NCBI GenBank assembly: GCA_016748015.1
Contig: JAAOMT010000088.1
Span: forward strand, 1 to 64,000
Origin: Geosiphon pyriformis uo1
Taxonomy: Eukaryota > Fungi > Glomeromycota
Length of the DNA: 64,000 nt
Direction of reading: 5' to 3'
Shown: in pieces, positions 62,901-64,000 of the stretch
Position numbering within the stretch: the stretch's first letter is position 1
Layout: the number at the start of each line of letters is the position of its first letter
The notes under the pieces: model-generated
What the model was told of the DNA's origin: nothing
Seen by the model: the letters and a program-made list of their open reading frames with translations, nothing else
Database searches by the model: none
Position numbers and translations under genes: made by a program

Positions 62901-64000
62901 GTTATTTGAAGATTAAGATAAGAGTTTTGAATTTGTTTTCAAATTAAATAGTAAAAAAAGTATTTTTTTTTTAATATTTGTTAGTGTTTATCTAATAATT
63001 TTTTGGTAAGCATTAGCATTGGTTTTTTATAAAAACCAAGTAACAAAAGAGTTTTGGAAATAGCCACTAATAATTTGAAACTTATACTCTATATTATATT
63101 AATTAGCAATAATTGCTTTTTTAAAATTATCTAATTATTTAATTGGGTCTTAAATATTACTTCTAAATAATAATAATAAGATGTTGTTTCTTTGTTTTAA
63201 AGTATTTTATATGTTTTAAAAGACAGTCAAAATATTTGTTTGCATAGAGTTAGCAGCCATTAATTTAAAAATAGCTGTTTGTATAAAATAATCTAATTTA
63301 CTTAAAAAAAATTAAAAACAAAAGCAGTTTAATAACTTTTTTTTTTGTTTTAAAAAAAGTTCTAGTTAATTAATAGGCAGTAATCCAAATATGAATTTAA
63401 TAATTTAGATATTCGAAATTAGGAAACTGTTAATTAAAAGTTGTTGAATATAAAAGTTAATTAATGTAATTGTTTTTTTTAAGAGTTTTTTCAAAGTAAG
63501 CTTAATCAAAAAAATATTGTATAAGCTATAAAGCAAATCAAGCAAAAGAACAAAGAATTAAGTTCAATAAAATTTAGGTTATTTCTGTTGTATACTACAA
63601 AATATTCTTTTGATTATTATGACAGATATAAATAATTACTTATACAATAAGAAACAAAGTAAATTTTGACAACCTTACAAAGAGCACCATTTTTATGTTA
63701 TAAGTTAAAATAACAAGTTAATAAATAGTAAAAGAGAACAGAATTGTAAAATAATAAAATTAATCAAAAAAAATTACAATAAGAGAGTGAATTAAATAAG
63801 TAAAAATTTAATATGCATAATTAGTCTTATAAAAATTACAGTTATAAATCTTTTTTGGAAATTTAAAAATAGAAAAATAGTCTATAATTGTTAATAAGAT
63901 AACACTACTGCTATTATTTTATGCTTTAACTTAAGCAATTTTTAGAATTAATAACAGATATTGTTGTGTTTTTTAATTATTTTTTTATTTAATAAATTAT
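59996..64000 (-). mobile_element. Eroded relic of a family-C Gypsy (5' LTR from 63696, PBS, gag, PR)
   Basis: Collinear with 14040-17330; GYFIDLILDSK; PBS remnant at 63674-63689; TGTTA at 63696. Confidence 0.88.
60665..61461 (-). repeat. Solo LTR of family A inside the C relic
   Basis: Reverse complement of the reassembled A 3' LTR; TSD CCAC/CTAC; the C protease sequence resumes at 61466. Confidence 0.85.

Noticed and set aside
651-64000. Alternative genetic code to explain the many in-frame stops in TE ORFs
   Set aside because: All three stop codons occur, at expected Gln, Arg and Trp positions, and they differ between copies; transition mutation explains them. Only the CpG-rich HIT segment is a candidate for recoding.

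Overview
This is an AT-rich eukaryotic repeat block, and almost all 64 kb resolves into nested, inactivated transposons. My guess at the host is a Glomeromycotina/Geosiphon-like fungus, from recalled resemblance of the element families, not from a search. A 5'-truncated Ty3/Gypsy element (A, 651-30672, +) hosts three other LTR elements: B (3987-7415, non-autonomous), C (10008-17708, -) and D (20111-29947, +). All have TGTTA...TAACA termini (some decayed) and 4-bp TSDs. A and D carry a Cys-rich domain plus dUTPase between protease and RT. The right half holds APE-RT-RNaseH LINEs (two full-length copies tail-to-tail), a Tc1 element, two solo LTRs and heavily C->T-eroded Gypsy relics. Main leads: (1) a homologous ~200-245 aa non-env extra ORF between integrase and 3' LTR in all four Gypsy families, three with a TATA box 42-46 nt upstream, and it is the only full-length gene remnant in B; (2) an ORF1-only, TSD-flanked LINE derivative (HAL1-like) sharing both termini with the autonomous LINE; (3) a CpG-retaining, bacterial-looking HIT gene at 1-650 whose in-frame TGA may be Trp (Mollicute endosymbiont code); (4) strong C->T erosion of repeats in several dinucleotide contexts. 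Coordinates and alignments were made by eye and may be off by a few bases.
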